Assembly: GCA_051004255.1 (NCBI GenBank)
Contig: JBPCKN010000012.1
Span: 23,119 to 87,118, forward strand
Direction of reading: 5' to 3'
DNA: 64,000 nucleotides
DNA from: Chitinophagaceae bacterium
GTDB taxonomy: Bacteria > Bacteroidota > Bacteroidia > Chitinophagales > Chitinophagaceae
In this document: positions 19,639-29,164 of the stretch, one piece after another
How positions within the stretch are numbered: the stretch's first letter is position 1
How the letters are laid out: the number at the start of each line of letters is the position of its first letter
Translations under genes and position numbers: made by a program
The notes under the pieces: generated by a model
The model's database searches: none
What the model was told of the DNA's origin: nothing
Seen by the model: only the letters and a program-made list of their open reading frames with translations

Positions 19639-19866
19639 ATGTCTAAAACAAAAATTACAGTAAACAGTAATGGTTCATTAAAAATAGAAGGCGATTTTGA
19701 AATTGTTGATAAAAACGGAAATTTATACGGTTTAGGCGGAAGAGAAATTGTTTCGATTTGCCGCTGCGGACTATCGAAAAACAAACCTTTTTGCGATGCT
19801 TCGCATAAAGGACATTTTGAACATGAAGCTATTGCATTTGATCTTCCGCCAAAGAAAACAGATTAA
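19639..19866 (+). CDS. CDGSH iron-sulfur domain protein
   Basis: 75 aa with CRCGLSKNKPFCDASH, matching the CDGSH 2Fe-2S signature. Confidence 0.8.
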   Translation: MSKTKITVNSNGSLKIEGDFEIVDKNGNLYGLGGREIVSICRCGLSKNKPFCDASHKGHFEHEAIAFDLPPKKTD

Positions 19867-19887
19867 ATTTTTGTTTAAATATTATCT

Positions 19888-20391
19888 ATGAAATCAAAAA
19901 ATTTTATAGTGTTTTTATTTGCAGTTGCATGCAATTCGCAGCAAAGTCAAAAATTAAATAAGGATACAATTGTTTCGCTCAACGAACCGATTAATTCTTC
20001 AACCACTATTGTCAAAGATTCAACCGAACAACAAATAAATGCACCGGATAGTTTGTTTGAAGATGGCTCGCAGCCTGCATCCTGGAGAAACGCCGGTTTT
20101 GATGATCCGGCAAATTTTAAAATATTTTTAATCCAGTTCAAAGGCTGGGTGAAAAATAATAATGAAGACAGCATTGCAGCGCATATTCAATTTCCGCTAA
20201 AAAAAATTAAATCGTCTGATGAATTTAAAGCAAATTATAATGCTTTATTTACTTCTCAATTAAAGGATGCAATTCAGCGCCAGCGCGTTGACCGGATTTT
20301 TAGAAATCAAAACGGTGCAATGATTAGTGATGGAAAAATTTGGTTTAATGAAATAAGGGGAAAATATTTTATTACTGCAATTAATCCATAA
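19888..20391 (+). CDS. Hypothetical lipoprotein
   Basis: Signal peptide with a lipobox-like FAVAC. No family recognised. Confidence 0.5.
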   Translation: MKSKNFIVFLFAVACNSQQSQKLNKDTIVSLNEPINSSTTIVKDSTEQQINAPDSLFEDGSQPASWRNAGFDDPANFKIFLIQFKGWVKNNNEDSIAAHIQFPLKKIKSSDEFKANYNALFTSQLKDAIQRQRVDRIFRNQNGAMISDGKIWFNEIRGKYFITAINP

Positions 20392-20432
20392 AAATTTTAA
20401 AAGAAAATATATTTAATTTATGAATAAAAGAT

Positions 20433-21044
20433 TTAAACTTTCGATTGATGATTGATGATAAAATTTATTAAATCATCTAAAGAAATTTCTGCACGATTGC
20501 AAGCATCAGCAATTTCTTCTCTCGAAACATTTGCTGCAAAAGATTTTTCTTTTAAACGTTTTTTTACACCTTTTACATCCATGCCTTCATAACCGTTTGG
20601 GCGCATGAGCGAATAAGCATGAATTAATCCGCTCAGTTCATCAAAAGCAAATAACATTTTATCCATCTTAGTTTCCGGCTCAACACCGAAGTGCGCTGGC
20701 CCGTGTGAAGCAATTGCATGAATAATTTCAGAGTCAATATTTCTGTTTTCCAATTCTTCAATAATTTTTTTGCAATGCAATTCGGGCCACCCGTCCCAAT
20801 CTGCATCGTGTAATAAACCTGCCATCTCCCAGCGCCACTGCGCTTCTTCGCTTAAATTTTCTTTTTCTTTTGCCCAGCATTTCATTAAATATGCAACCTG
20901 TATCATGTGCAATTGCAATCGCGGATTTTTCACCCAGTCATACAATAAATTTTCAGCTTCGGCTTGCGATAAAACATTGCCTTTATTGGAGGCATTGCCA
21001 AAGGTTGTTCTATTTAAAATAAGCGACATAGTTAATAATTTCAA
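20433..21044 (-). CDS. HD-domain phosphohydrolase
   Basis: H...HD motif (LLHDADWD). The true start may be the internal Met (MSLILN...). Confidence 0.65.
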   Translation of the reverse strand: MKLLTMSLILNRTTFGNASNKGNVLSQAEAENLLYDWVKNPRLQLHMIQVAYLMKCWAKEKENLSEEAQWRWEMAGLLHDADWDGWPELHCKKIIEELENRNIDSEIIHAIASHGPAHFGVEPETKMDKMLFAFDELSGLIHAYSLMRPNGYEGMDVKGVKKRLKEKSFAANVSREEIADACNRAEISLDDLINFIINHQSKV

Positions 21045-21092
21045 AAAAAATGAATCAAAAATTAGAAAGAGAAAATAATTATATTTTATAAA

Positions 21093-21749
21093 TTACCAGG
21101 TTGCCAAAACTGTTACTCCGCCTTTTACTAATTGATTTAAATGAACATGAACAGTTGCATTGAGAGGCAATAACACATCAACTCTGCTGCCAAATTTTAT
21201 AAAACCCATTATCTCAGATTGCTTTATGTGTTTGCCGACCTTACAATAATTGCTGATGCGCCTTGCCAGAGCGCCGGCAATTTGTTTTATCATTATTTCA
21301 CCATTTTCGTTTTTTACAACAACGCTATGGCATTCATTTTCTGCTGATGATTTAGGATGCCATGCCACCCAATATTTTCCGCTATGATATTGGCTGTACG
21401 TTACTATTCCATCCACAGGATTGCGATTTATATGCACGTTTGTAGGGCTCATAAAAATGCTTAGTTGTATTCGTCTATCTTTAAAATATTCTTTATCGGT
21501 TACCTCTTCAATTACAACAACTCTGCCATCGGCAGGGCTAATAATTTGCGATTCGTGAATATAAAATTCCCGCTTGGGAGAACGAAAAAATAAAATCAAA
21601 AAAATTAGAACAACAAGAGTAAATATAAAAATCAAAAGCGCCAGCCAGGGAATTGGCCCGCTTAAAAAAGTAAAAGACAGAAGGTTAACAATACCAAAAA
21701 TCATTGCGGCAATACCGATGGTTTTATATCCTTCTTTATGAATGCTCAT
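21093..21749 (-). CDS. psd: Phosphatidylserine decarboxylase proenzyme (short form)
   Basis: N-terminal TM helices and a C-terminal FGSRVD self-cleavage motif. Adjacent to cdsA. Confidence 0.85.
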   Translation of the reverse strand: MSIHKEGYKTIGIAAMIFGIVNLLSFTFLSGPIPWLALLIFIFTLVVLIFLILFFRSPKREFYIHESQIISPADGRVVVIEEVTDKEYFKDRRIQLSIFMSPTNVHINRNPVDGIVTYSQYHSGKYWVAWHPKSSAENECHSVVVKNENGEIMIKQIAGALARRISNYCKVGKHIKQSEIMGFIKFGSRVDVLLPLNATVHVHLNQLVKGGVTVLATW

Positions 21750-21876
21750 GAAGCCAGTTGAGCCGCAAATATAAGAAGTTGGTGAATTATGAATGATGAA
21801 TTATGAGTGATGAATTATAGGTGATAAATTTAAAATGAGATGAAAATAAAATATATAGTTATTCAAAGAAAAAAAT

Positions 21877-22755
21877 TTATAAAAAGATTTTTATATACAA
21901 CCAAACAAAAGGTGTGGCAAAAATGAGTGAATCAAAACGATCGAGAAAGCCGCCGTGACCGGGCATTATTTTTCCGCTGTCTTTAACGCCGGCCATCCGT
22001 TTCATCTTGCTTTCAAATAAATCGCCAACAGTTCCCATAATTGCAGCGATGGATGAAATAACAATAAGTGAAACTATATCAGTCATATCAAAAACAAAAT
22101 AGCCAACTAATGAAACTGTTGCTATTGCCAGCAAAGCGCCGCCGGCCGTGCCTTCCCATGTTTTTTTCGGTGATATTTTTGATAATGAATTTTTGCCGAT
22201 AATTGAGCCGACAATATATGCCATTGTATCGTTTATCCAAATTGATGCAATTAAAACAATCGGCGTTACCCAGCCTAAATCAATAAATAAATTTGTGTTG
22301 CTAAAAAACATTCCATCGCTTCGCAATCTTATCATCAAACCCCAACTCAGTGAAATATAAATTAAACCCAGCGCTGAATAACCTATATTTTTTATGCTGA
22401 AACTTCTGTAAAAAATTATTTCGGAGAGAACAATTACTATAAACGCAGCGAGCATCAGCCATAAACCAATTTGCTGCAAATTATAATTGCCGGTGTTAAA
22501 AGCTGCATTTGTATTCCATAACATAAAACCCCAGCCCAGCAGCATTATATCGAGTTTATGAAAAATATTTATGGAGTTATATCGCGCATCAATTAAACCA
22601 ACTAATTTTTGATATTCGATCCAGCAGCCAAAATATATAACAGAAAATAATAAAAAAAATGTGAATTGATTAATGAGCAAACCGGCAAGCATAATTATAG
22701 CAAAAGCAATTGCAGTAAGTGTGCGTGTTTTAAAAATTTGCAAATTAAAAGACAT
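21877..22755 (-). CDS. cdsA: Phosphatidate cytidylyltransferase
   Basis: Polytopic membrane protein with the C-terminal signature SKMKRMAGVKDSGKIMPGHGGFLDRFDS. Confidence 0.88.
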   Translation of the reverse strand: MSFNLQIFKTRTLTAIAFAIIMLAGLLINQFTFFLLFSVIYFGCWIEYQKLVGLIDARYNSINIFHKLDIMLLGWGFMLWNTNAAFNTGNYNLQQIGLWLMLAAFIVIVLSEIIFYRSFSIKNIGYSALGLIYISLSWGLMIRLRSDGMFFSNTNLFIDLGWVTPIVLIASIWINDTMAYIVGSIIGKNSLSKISPKKTWEGTAGGALLAIATVSLVGYFVFDMTDIVSLIVISSIAAIMGTVGDLFESKMKRMAGVKDSGKIMPGHGGFLDRFDSLIFATPFVWLYIKIFL

Positions 22756-22761
22756 TTTTTA

Positions 22762-22794
22762 ATGTAAGATTTACGATGTACGAAGTACGATGTT
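22762..22794. repeat. Second copy of the ATGTAAGAT..GTACGATGTT word repeat (next to the cdsA start)
   Basis: ATGTAAGATTTACGATGTACGAAGTACGATGTT compared with 8070-8095 ATGTAAGATGTACAATGTACGATGTT. Confidence 0.6.
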
Positions 22795-22910
22795 TAACGT
22801 TTAATATTTGATGACGCGAAGTAAGAAGTTTTTAATGAAAGAAAAAAAATGATAGTTAATTGAAGAATATATCTGATAAATTTAACGGATTGCTGCATAG
22901 CGATTTGAAC

Positions 22911-22968
22911 GTACAAGCGAGCGTGGCAACGATGTTTAATAGTAATTCATAAGCTTAGTACAAAAAAA
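22911..22968 (+). repeat. Bipartite intergenic element, copy F (degenerate core; follows the stop of the minus-strand 68-aa ORF)
   Basis: GTACAAGCGAGCGTGGCAACGATGTTTAAT...ATAAGCTTAGTACAAAAAAA. Confidence 0.6.
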
Positions 22969-23003
22969 TTCTTACTTATTTTTAACAACGAATAATCTTA
23001 TTT

Positions 23004-23210
23004 CTAATTCAGCAAAGCCTTATCCAGCAAGTGTTTGGCGATATCTTTTAAATGTATGGGAACATATAATTCTATTTCGCCGAAATTGATATAGCTGCTG
23101 TCTTGTCTGTTAAATAATATTACGTGTATGTTATTTTCTTCCAGCATTCCTTTTATAATGTTTGCCTGCGCATAATTGCGCGTTGTGTATAATAAAAACC
23201 AGTTTTTCAT
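23004..23210 (-). CDS. Small DUF2007-like protein
   Basis: 68-aa ORF whose start shares 1 nt with the stop of the upstream CPBP gene. The family call is from a general resemblance only. Confidence 0.4.
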   Translation of the reverse strand: MKNWFLLYTTRNYAQANIIKGMLEENNIHVILFNRQDSSYINFGEIELYVPIHLKDIAKHLLDKALLN

Positions 23211-24139
23211 TAATGAATATTGTAAGCTTCGTTTTCAATTTTTTTCCAGGTCTGCAATTTTTCGCTTATGTTTTTAAAGATGATGAGTAATGCAATTACA
23301 GCAATCAACCCAATTATTCCAAAATAAAAAGGAAACGTATCGTTTAAAGAATCGTTGTTTAATTTGCCTTGCCTGCTAAGCAAATACATTTGCGTTAGTG
23401 CAATTGCATTGTTAAAAAAATGCATGAGAATATTTAGCCAGATATTTTTGCCGTAATAAAAAATATAACCGAGCACAATTCCTAAAAACAATCGAGGCAA
23501 AAAACCATAATAAGAAAGATGAATGGCGCTGAAAAAAATGCTGGTAATTAAAATTCCTATAAAAACATTTTTTGTAAAGCCAATCATCACTTGTTGCAAA
23601 GCGCCGCGAAAAAACATCTCTTCAAACATCGCCGGTAACAATGCAATTACAATAAGCGATATTAAATAATCAACAGCAGTTGTCATGTGCGTAATTGTCA
23701 TCACATCTTTATTGTATTGATCTTCGAGATTTTTAAAATACGCGGCTACATTTTTCGGCAAAGGAATCCATTCGTTTAACGCAGCAAAAGCATCGCTTGC
23801 TGCTAAGGCTGCCAACGCAATTAATGCAACAATAATTATTTGTTTAATGTTGAAAACAGAAGAAAAACCCAGATACTGCAAGGGTTTCTGCCGTATAATA
23901 ATTGCAAATAAAAACACCGGAACTGCTAACATGCAAAATGCACCGAGAGATTGTGCAATTCTTGCAAATTGTACATTTTCCGGTTTATTTAATGCGGCTT
24001 CTAAACCTAATGCTGAAATTCCTAAAATCCATTTTGCTAATAATAACAATACAACACCGCCTAACACAATGCCAAAGCCGCATAAACCAATTAGTATAAG
24101 AAATTGTGATAGCGGCGCGATTTTTTGTTGATGCAACAT
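23210..24139 (-). CDS. CPBP-family intramembrane glutamic endopeptidase
   Basis: Polytopic, with the EEMFFRG motif and the later H..xN (MHFFNN) motif. Confidence 0.8.
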   Translation of the reverse strand: MLHQQKIAPLSQFLILIGLCGFGIVLGGVVLLLLAKWILGISALGLEAALNKPENVQFARIAQSLGAFCMLAVPVFLFAIIIRQKPLQYLGFSSVFNIKQIIIVALIALAALAASDAFAALNEWIPLPKNVAAYFKNLEDQYNKDVMTITHMTTAVDYLISLIVIALLPAMFEEMFFRGALQQVMIGFTKNVFIGILITSIFFSAIHLSYYGFLPRLFLGIVLGYIFYYGKNIWLNILMHFFNNAIALTQMYLLSRQGKLNNDSLNDTFPFYFGIIGLIAVIALLIIFKNISEKLQTWKKIENEAYNIH

Positions 24140-24224
24140 AGTGTAAAAATAGACTGTAAATTTGCAATTCTTTTTTAATGATGAAATGAAAATTTCTGTT
24201 AACGGTTAATAAGAACAAAAACAA

Positions 24225-25250
24225 ATGATTCGCATTGGCAAAATAGAGTTACCCGATTTTCCTTTGCTGCTGGCACCAATGGAAGATGTGAGCGATCCGC
24301 CGTTTCGTGCGGTGTGCAAAGCAAATGGCGCAGACTTGATGTACACAGAATTTATAAGCAGCGAAGGTTTAATTCGCGATGCAATTAAGAGCAGAAAAAA
24401 ACTTGATATTTTTGAGAATGAAAAGCCTGTCGGCATTCAAATATTTGGCGGCGATGAAGAAGCGATGGCTATGAGCGCAAAAATTGTTGAAACAGTAAAT
24501 CCTGATCTGGTTGATATAAATTTTGGCTGTCCGGTAAAAAAAGTAGTGTGCAAAGGCGCGGGCGCCGCAGTTTTGAAAGATATTGAGATGATGGTTCGCT
24601 TAGCAAAATCTGTTGTAAAAAATACTTCCCTTCCCGTAACTGTAAAAACAAGATTGGGCTGGGATGAAAGCAATTTAAATATTGAAGAAGTCGCGGAACG
24701 TTTGCAGGGAGTTGGCATAAAAGCTTTAGCCATTCACGGCAGAACAAGAGCGCAAATGTATAAAGGCGAAGCAGACTGGCGATTGATTGCGAAAGTGAAA
24801 AATAATCCGCGAATAAATATACCAATTTTTGGTAATGGCGATGTTGACACGCCGCAAAAAGCATTGGAATACAAAAATCGTTATGGAATTGATGGCATTA
24901 TGATCGGCCGCGCAGCAATTGGAAATCCGTGGGTTTTTAATGAAATAAAACATTTTATAAAAACCGGCGCAATGCTTACTGCGCCTGATATTCAGCAAAG
25001 AGTTGATGTTATTAAATCACATCTTTATAAATCAGTTGAATGGAAAGGCGAAGCATTAGGAATACTTGAAATGCGCTGTCATTACACCAATTATTTAAAA
25101 GGTTTTCCGAACATTAAAGAATTTCGTTCGCAATTAGTATTATTAAAAACAGTTAAAGAAATTGAAGAAGTATTACAGCAGATGATTTATTATTACAATG
25201 AATTTACACTTGAAAAATTGTTTACAAAAACTGAAATGCAATATGCTTAA
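24225..25250 (+). CDS. dusB: tRNA-dihydrouridine synthase
   Basis: LAPMEDVSDPPFR N-terminus, catalytic INFGCPVKKV, and a TIM-barrel FMN pattern. Confidence 0.88.
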   Translation: MIRIGKIELPDFPLLLAPMEDVSDPPFRAVCKANGADLMYTEFISSEGLIRDAIKSRKKLDIFENEKPVGIQIFGGDEEAMAMSAKIVETVNPDLVDINFGCPVKKVVCKGAGAAVLKDIEMMVRLAKSVVKNTSLPVTVKTRLGWDESNLNIEEVAERLQGVGIKALAIHGRTRAQMYKGEADWRLIAKVKNNPRINIPIFGNGDVDTPQKALEYKNRYGIDGIMIGRAAIGNPWVFNEIKHFIKTGAMLTAPDIQQRVDVIKSHLYKSVEWKGEALGILEMRCHYTNYLKGFPNIKEFRSQLVLLKTVKEIEEVLQQMIYYYNEFTLEKLFTKTEMQYA

Positions 25251-25356
25251 ATATCTTTTAGCATTTCATCATATTATTTAAAAATATCGGCTGTTATTGC
25301 AGAATCATAAATATTTATTATATTAAATTTATTCAAAAACAATACAAATAATAATT

Positions 25357-25782
25357 ATGTACACAACATCAATACAAACATCTGAAACTGCTTTAGCTCA
25401 TTTATTTCTTCATATTTGTTTTGAAGATGGTGTTTTTACTGAAGCTGAAATTGATAATGTTTCAGAAAAATTTGCAGATTTGGGTTTGCACAAAGATTTA
25501 AATTTTAAAGATGAACTGCGCAATTACCGGTCTTACAAAAACAGTATTGGCGATGAAAAAGCGTATGTTCAATATTTAATCAGTCTTATAAAACCTACCA
25601 ACGAATTTGCATTATATTCTTATTGTGTTGATCTTAGTTTAAGCGATCAATCGCTTGATGTTTCGGAGAAAAATTTATTAGAAATTATCGCCAATGTTTT
25701 AGAAATAAATGAAGAAGAACAAAACGTCATTCAAAAATTAATGGTTCAAAGAGAAGTTGTAAAAACACAAAAATATTTTTAA
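25357..25782 (+). CDS. Hypothetical protein, TerB-like two-repeat acidic helical domain
   Basis: Repeated D-G/S-x-x-x-x-x-E patterns (EDGVFTEAEID, SDQSLDVSEKN). The assignment is weak. Confidence 0.35.
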   Translation: MYTTSIQTSETALAHLFLHICFEDGVFTEAEIDNVSEKFADLGLHKDLNFKDELRNYRSYKNSIGDEKAYVQYLISLIKPTNEFALYSYCVDLSLSDQSLDVSEKNLLEIIANVLEINEEEQNVIQKLMVQREVVKTQKYF

Positions 25783-25852
25783 TCTTTTGCTTTGAATTAA
25801 TTTTTCATGCAATAATTTATTTATCAATTTACCAAACAATAATCTGCTTATC

Positions 25853-26746
25853 ATGAAAATTTTTACAAAACCAATTATCCTATGTTTTTTATTAAGCAGC
25901 TTTTTGAATGTTGCTTTTGCGCAACCGGTGGGCAAAGTGATTGAAGAACAAACAATAAAAAGCACAATTTTAAAAAGAGATGTTCGGTACACAATTTATT
26001 TGCCTGCTGATTATTCAACTTCGGAAAGAAGCTATCCGGTAGTTTATTTATTGCATGGTTTTACAGACGATAACACAGGCTGGCTGCAGTTTGGCGAAAT
26101 AAATCGTTATGCAGATAAAGCAATTGCCGATGGTACAATTCCGCCAATGATTATTGTAATGCCAAACGGCGATTCGAGCTGGTATATTAATTCGTATGAC
26201 GGCAAAGAAAATTATGAAGATTTTTTTATAAAAGAATTTATGCCAGCCATTGAAAAAACTTACAGAATTAAAGCGCAAAAAAAATATAGAGGAATTGCCG
26301 GACTTTCTATGGGTGGTTATGGTTCGTTAATTTATGCTTTAAAATATCCTGATTTATTTGCGGCTGCAGCGCCTTTAAGCGCAGGAATTTTCAGCAGCGA
26401 TCAATTAGAAACTATGCCTGATGCAAATTATAATAATGCACTTGCACGTGTATTTGGAAACAATTTAAAAGGAAAAGACCGTTTAACAAACCAATGGTAT
26501 TCTAATTCTGTTTTGGATATTGTTTCAAAAGAATCTGCAGATGATTTAAGTAAAGTTCGCTATTGGATTGATTGTGGCGATGATGATTTTCTTACCAAAG
26601 GTAATTGTCTTTTGCATATTGAATTAACAGAAAAAAAAGTGCCGCATGAATTTCGTGTTCGAGATGGCGCACATAACTGGACCTATTGGCGAACCGGAAT
26701 TACAGATGCTTTACAATTTATAGGAATAAGTTTTCGTCAACAATAG
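25853..26746 (+). CDS. Secreted esterase-family alpha/beta hydrolase
   Basis: Signal peptide, LLHGFTDD, and nucleophile elbow GLSMGG. Confidence 0.75.
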   Translation: MKIFTKPIILCFLLSSFLNVAFAQPVGKVIEEQTIKSTILKRDVRYTIYLPADYSTSERSYPVVYLLHGFTDDNTGWLQFGEINRYADKAIADGTIPPMIIVMPNGDSSWYINSYDGKENYEDFFIKEFMPAIEKTYRIKAQKKYRGIAGLSMGGYGSLIYALKYPDLFAAAAPLSAGIFSSDQLETMPDANYNNALARVFGNNLKGKDRLTNQWYSNSVLDIVSKESADDLSKVRYWIDCGDDDFLTKGNCLLHIELTEKKVPHEFRVRDGAHNWTYWRTGITDALQFIGISFRQQ

Positions 26747-26797
26747 AATGAAGACAGGAATTATAAATGATCTTTCTCAAAATTAATTTGAAGGTTG

Positions 26798-28942
26798 TTA
26801 CTTTAGCGATTCATGCATTTGCTGTTTTCCAAAAACAGTTTCTACCTTCTTCAGCACTTGTTTTAAATTTATTCCTTTTCCAAGAACACCTTTAAAAATA
26901 TCGCCTTGCTCTTTCACTCTTTCAACGGCATTGAAAATGGTAAAGTGTTTCATTTTTAAACCTTTTTTTACTTCTTCCCAATGCAAAGGCATGCTTACAG
27001 TTGCACCGGGCTTAGGTCGCAAAGAGTAAGGCGCAGCAAGTGTTGCCTGCGGGCGGTTCTGTAAAAAATCGAGATACATTTTGCCTTGTCTGTTTTCAAT
27101 AATGCGCTCGATGCTGGTGAAATCGGGAATTTGCGCATGAACAATTTTTACCAGCACTCTGCCAAATTCCTTGCTTTGTTCATAGCTGTATTTTGCGCCG
27201 AGCGGAATATAAATATGCATTCCCGTAGCGCCGGAAGTTTTACAATAAGCAGGTACATCAATTGCATCTAAAATTTGTTTGGTTGTTTGCGCAGCGATGA
27301 TTACTTGTTCAAAAGTTGTTTTGTCTGAAGGGTCAAGATCAATAATGCACCAGTCGGGATTATTTGGCTTTTGCACGCGGCTGCTCCACGGATGCATTTC
27401 AAGTCCGCCCATAGATGCAATCAGCAACAGGCTGGCTTCGTTAGTACACACAAGAAAATTTCGTTTGCCGCCAGCATCGCTGCTGTATGGAAATTGCTGT
27501 ATCCATTCAGGCACTTTTCCTGTTACATCTTTTTGATAAAAACTTTCGCCTTCAATTCCATTGGGATAACGGATAAGTGTTTGCGGCCGGTCTTTCATGT
27601 ATGGCAACATGTAAGGCGCAACGAGATAATAATAATTTATTACATCGCGCTTGGTAACAGATTTACTGCCTTTAATTGCAGGATAATAAATTTTATTAAG
27701 ATTATTGAAAGTAATATCGTGCCCATTAATATTTCTTGTTTGCGATTTATCTTTTGGATTGAGAAGCGTTTTGCGTTCGGTGTTAGTGGAGGGTTTGAAG
27801 AGTTTATCTGCACTGATATTTTTTTCTTTTTTCTGATTTTGATCTTCGGATTTTTTTGATTTTTGATTTTTGATTTTTGATTTTTCTTCCACAACTTCTT
27901 CTGTGTGTTTTTCTTTTTCCAATGTTATTTCTGTTGCGTTTTTATCTTCACGCAAACCTTCAAAAGATGGATGGCGCATAACTCCGTCACTCGTCATTTC
28001 TGCAAATGAAACTTCACAAATTAATTTTGGTTGAAGCCAGGTAGCTGTTGCTTTCGGCGGATTTGGGCGAAAGCGCGAAGGCTTATTTATATCCGGCTCA
28101 AAACTGAAAGGGCATTTATTTGTAATAAGCGGTTTAAATTGCTGCATCATTTCCTGCTGTAGTTTTTGAGAAAAACCTGTTCCTATTTTTCCGGTGTATT
28201 GCAAAATTTCATTTTCATAAACACCAACAAGCAGCGCACTAAAAGGTTTGTTACTTCCTTCATTATTTGTATATCCGCCAATTACCACTTCCTGTCTTTT
28301 ACCGGTTTTTATTTTCAGCCATTCTTTAGAGCGGAAATCCGGAATGTAAACGCTGTCTGATCTTTTTGCAATAATACCTTCGAGATTTAATTTTTTTGCA
28401 GCTTCAAAAAATTCTGTTGCGCCTGTAGCAAATGTTTCGCTGATGCGAATGTTGTTTGTATCCGGTGCAATTAATTGTAATATTTTTTTGCGTTCTGTAA
28501 GTGGCAACTGCATTACATCGCAGCCATCTATCCATAAAACATCAAACAAATAAAATATTAATTCGCCATCTGCTTCGCTGCGCCAGGTTTGAAGGTTGCT
28601 GAAATTTGAAATTCCTTTTTCATTTATCACCATAATTTCTCCATCAATAACAGCATGTATTTTCCATTGTTGCAATGCCTGATGGATAGGATAAAATTTT
28701 TCGTTGAACGATTTATTATTTCTTGAGCGAATATCAACTTCACCATTTTTTAAATAAGCAATTGCACGATAGCCATCCCATTTAACTTCGTAGAGCCAGC
28801 CCGGTTCATCGAAAGGTTTATCAACCAAAGTGGCGAGCATGGGTTTAAGATTTTCAGGAAAAGGAGACTTCGCTCCTTTTATAATCAAACTATTTAACTG
28901 TGCATTTTTAGCTGATGATTTTTTGTTTTTTATTGCCGGCAT
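26798..28942 (-). CDS. ligD: LigD-like NHEJ protein: N-terminal ATP-dependent ligase fused to a C-terminal primase-polymerase domain
   Basis: Ligase motif I as EVKWDGYRA. A K/E/Q-rich linker follows. The AEP polymerase region carries IIDLDPSD and SGATGMHIYIPL. No phosphoesterase domain is recognisable. Confidence 0.85.
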   Translation of the reverse strand: MPAIKNKKSSAKNAQLNSLIIKGAKSPFPENLKPMLATLVDKPFDEPGWLYEVKWDGYRAIAYLKNGEVDIRSRNNKSFNEKFYPIHQALQQWKIHAVIDGEIMVINEKGISNFSNLQTWRSEADGELIFYLFDVLWIDGCDVMQLPLTERKKILQLIAPDTNNIRISETFATGATEFFEAAKKLNLEGIIAKRSDSVYIPDFRSKEWLKIKTGKRQEVVIGGYTNNEGSNKPFSALLVGVYENEILQYTGKIGTGFSQKLQQEMMQQFKPLITNKCPFSFEPDINKPSRFRPNPPKATATWLQPKLICEVSFAEMTSDGVMRHPSFEGLREDKNATEITLEKEKHTEEVVEEKSKIKNQKSKKSEDQNQKKEKNISADKLFKPSTNTERKTLLNPKDKSQTRNINGHDITFNNLNKIYYPAIKGSKSVTKRDVINYYYLVAPYMLPYMKDRPQTLIRYPNGIEGESFYQKDVTGKVPEWIQQFPYSSDAGGKRNFLVCTNEASLLLIASMGGLEMHPWSSRVQKPNNPDWCIIDLDPSDKTTFEQVIIAAQTTKQILDAIDVPAYCKTSGATGMHIYIPLGAKYSYEQSKEFGRVLVKIVHAQIPDFTSIERIIENRQGKMYLDFLQNRPQATLAAPYSLRPKPGATVSMPLHWEEVKKGLKMKHFTIFNAVERVKEQGDIFKGVLGKGINLKQVLKKVETVFGKQQMHESLK
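27858..27885. repeat. Perfect 4x tandem heptanucleotide GATTTTT inside the ligD linker
   Basis: GATTTTT occurs at 27858, 27865, 27872 and 27879, preceded by a near-copy GATTTTTTT at 27849. It encodes KSKIKNQKSK on the minus strand. Confidence 0.9.
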
Positions 28943-29040
28943 AGCATAATCAATTATAATTATAAAGCTATGGCAAATGTTATAACTATTTTACGCAGAA
29001 GCAAATTTTACAACTACAATTAATGCATTAAAAATTTAAG

Positions 29041-29136
29041 CGTCATTTCGAACGGAGTGAGAAATCTGATGAATGTAAATATTTTAAAAATTATCCGCGT
29101 GTTATGCGAGAGATTTTTCCTATTGTAGAAATGACG
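29041..29136. repeat. Hairpin repeat of the CGTCATTTCGAAC...GAAATGACG type
   Basis: CGTCATTTC...GAGAAATCT pairs with AGATTTTTC...GAAATGACG across a ~40-nt loop. Confidence 0.7.
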
Positions 29137-29164
29137 GAAAATAACGCTGCAGTAATTTCTCTAA

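Noticed and set aside
27371-27859. Long antisense ORFs inside ligD (27371-27859), recQ (43067-43678), ftsZ (15036-15707), murE (4632-5013), the ligase (18231-18614) and others
   Set aside because: These are shadow ORFs on the opposite strand of well-supported genes. They have low-complexity or Cys/Phe-rich composition and no recognisable motifs.
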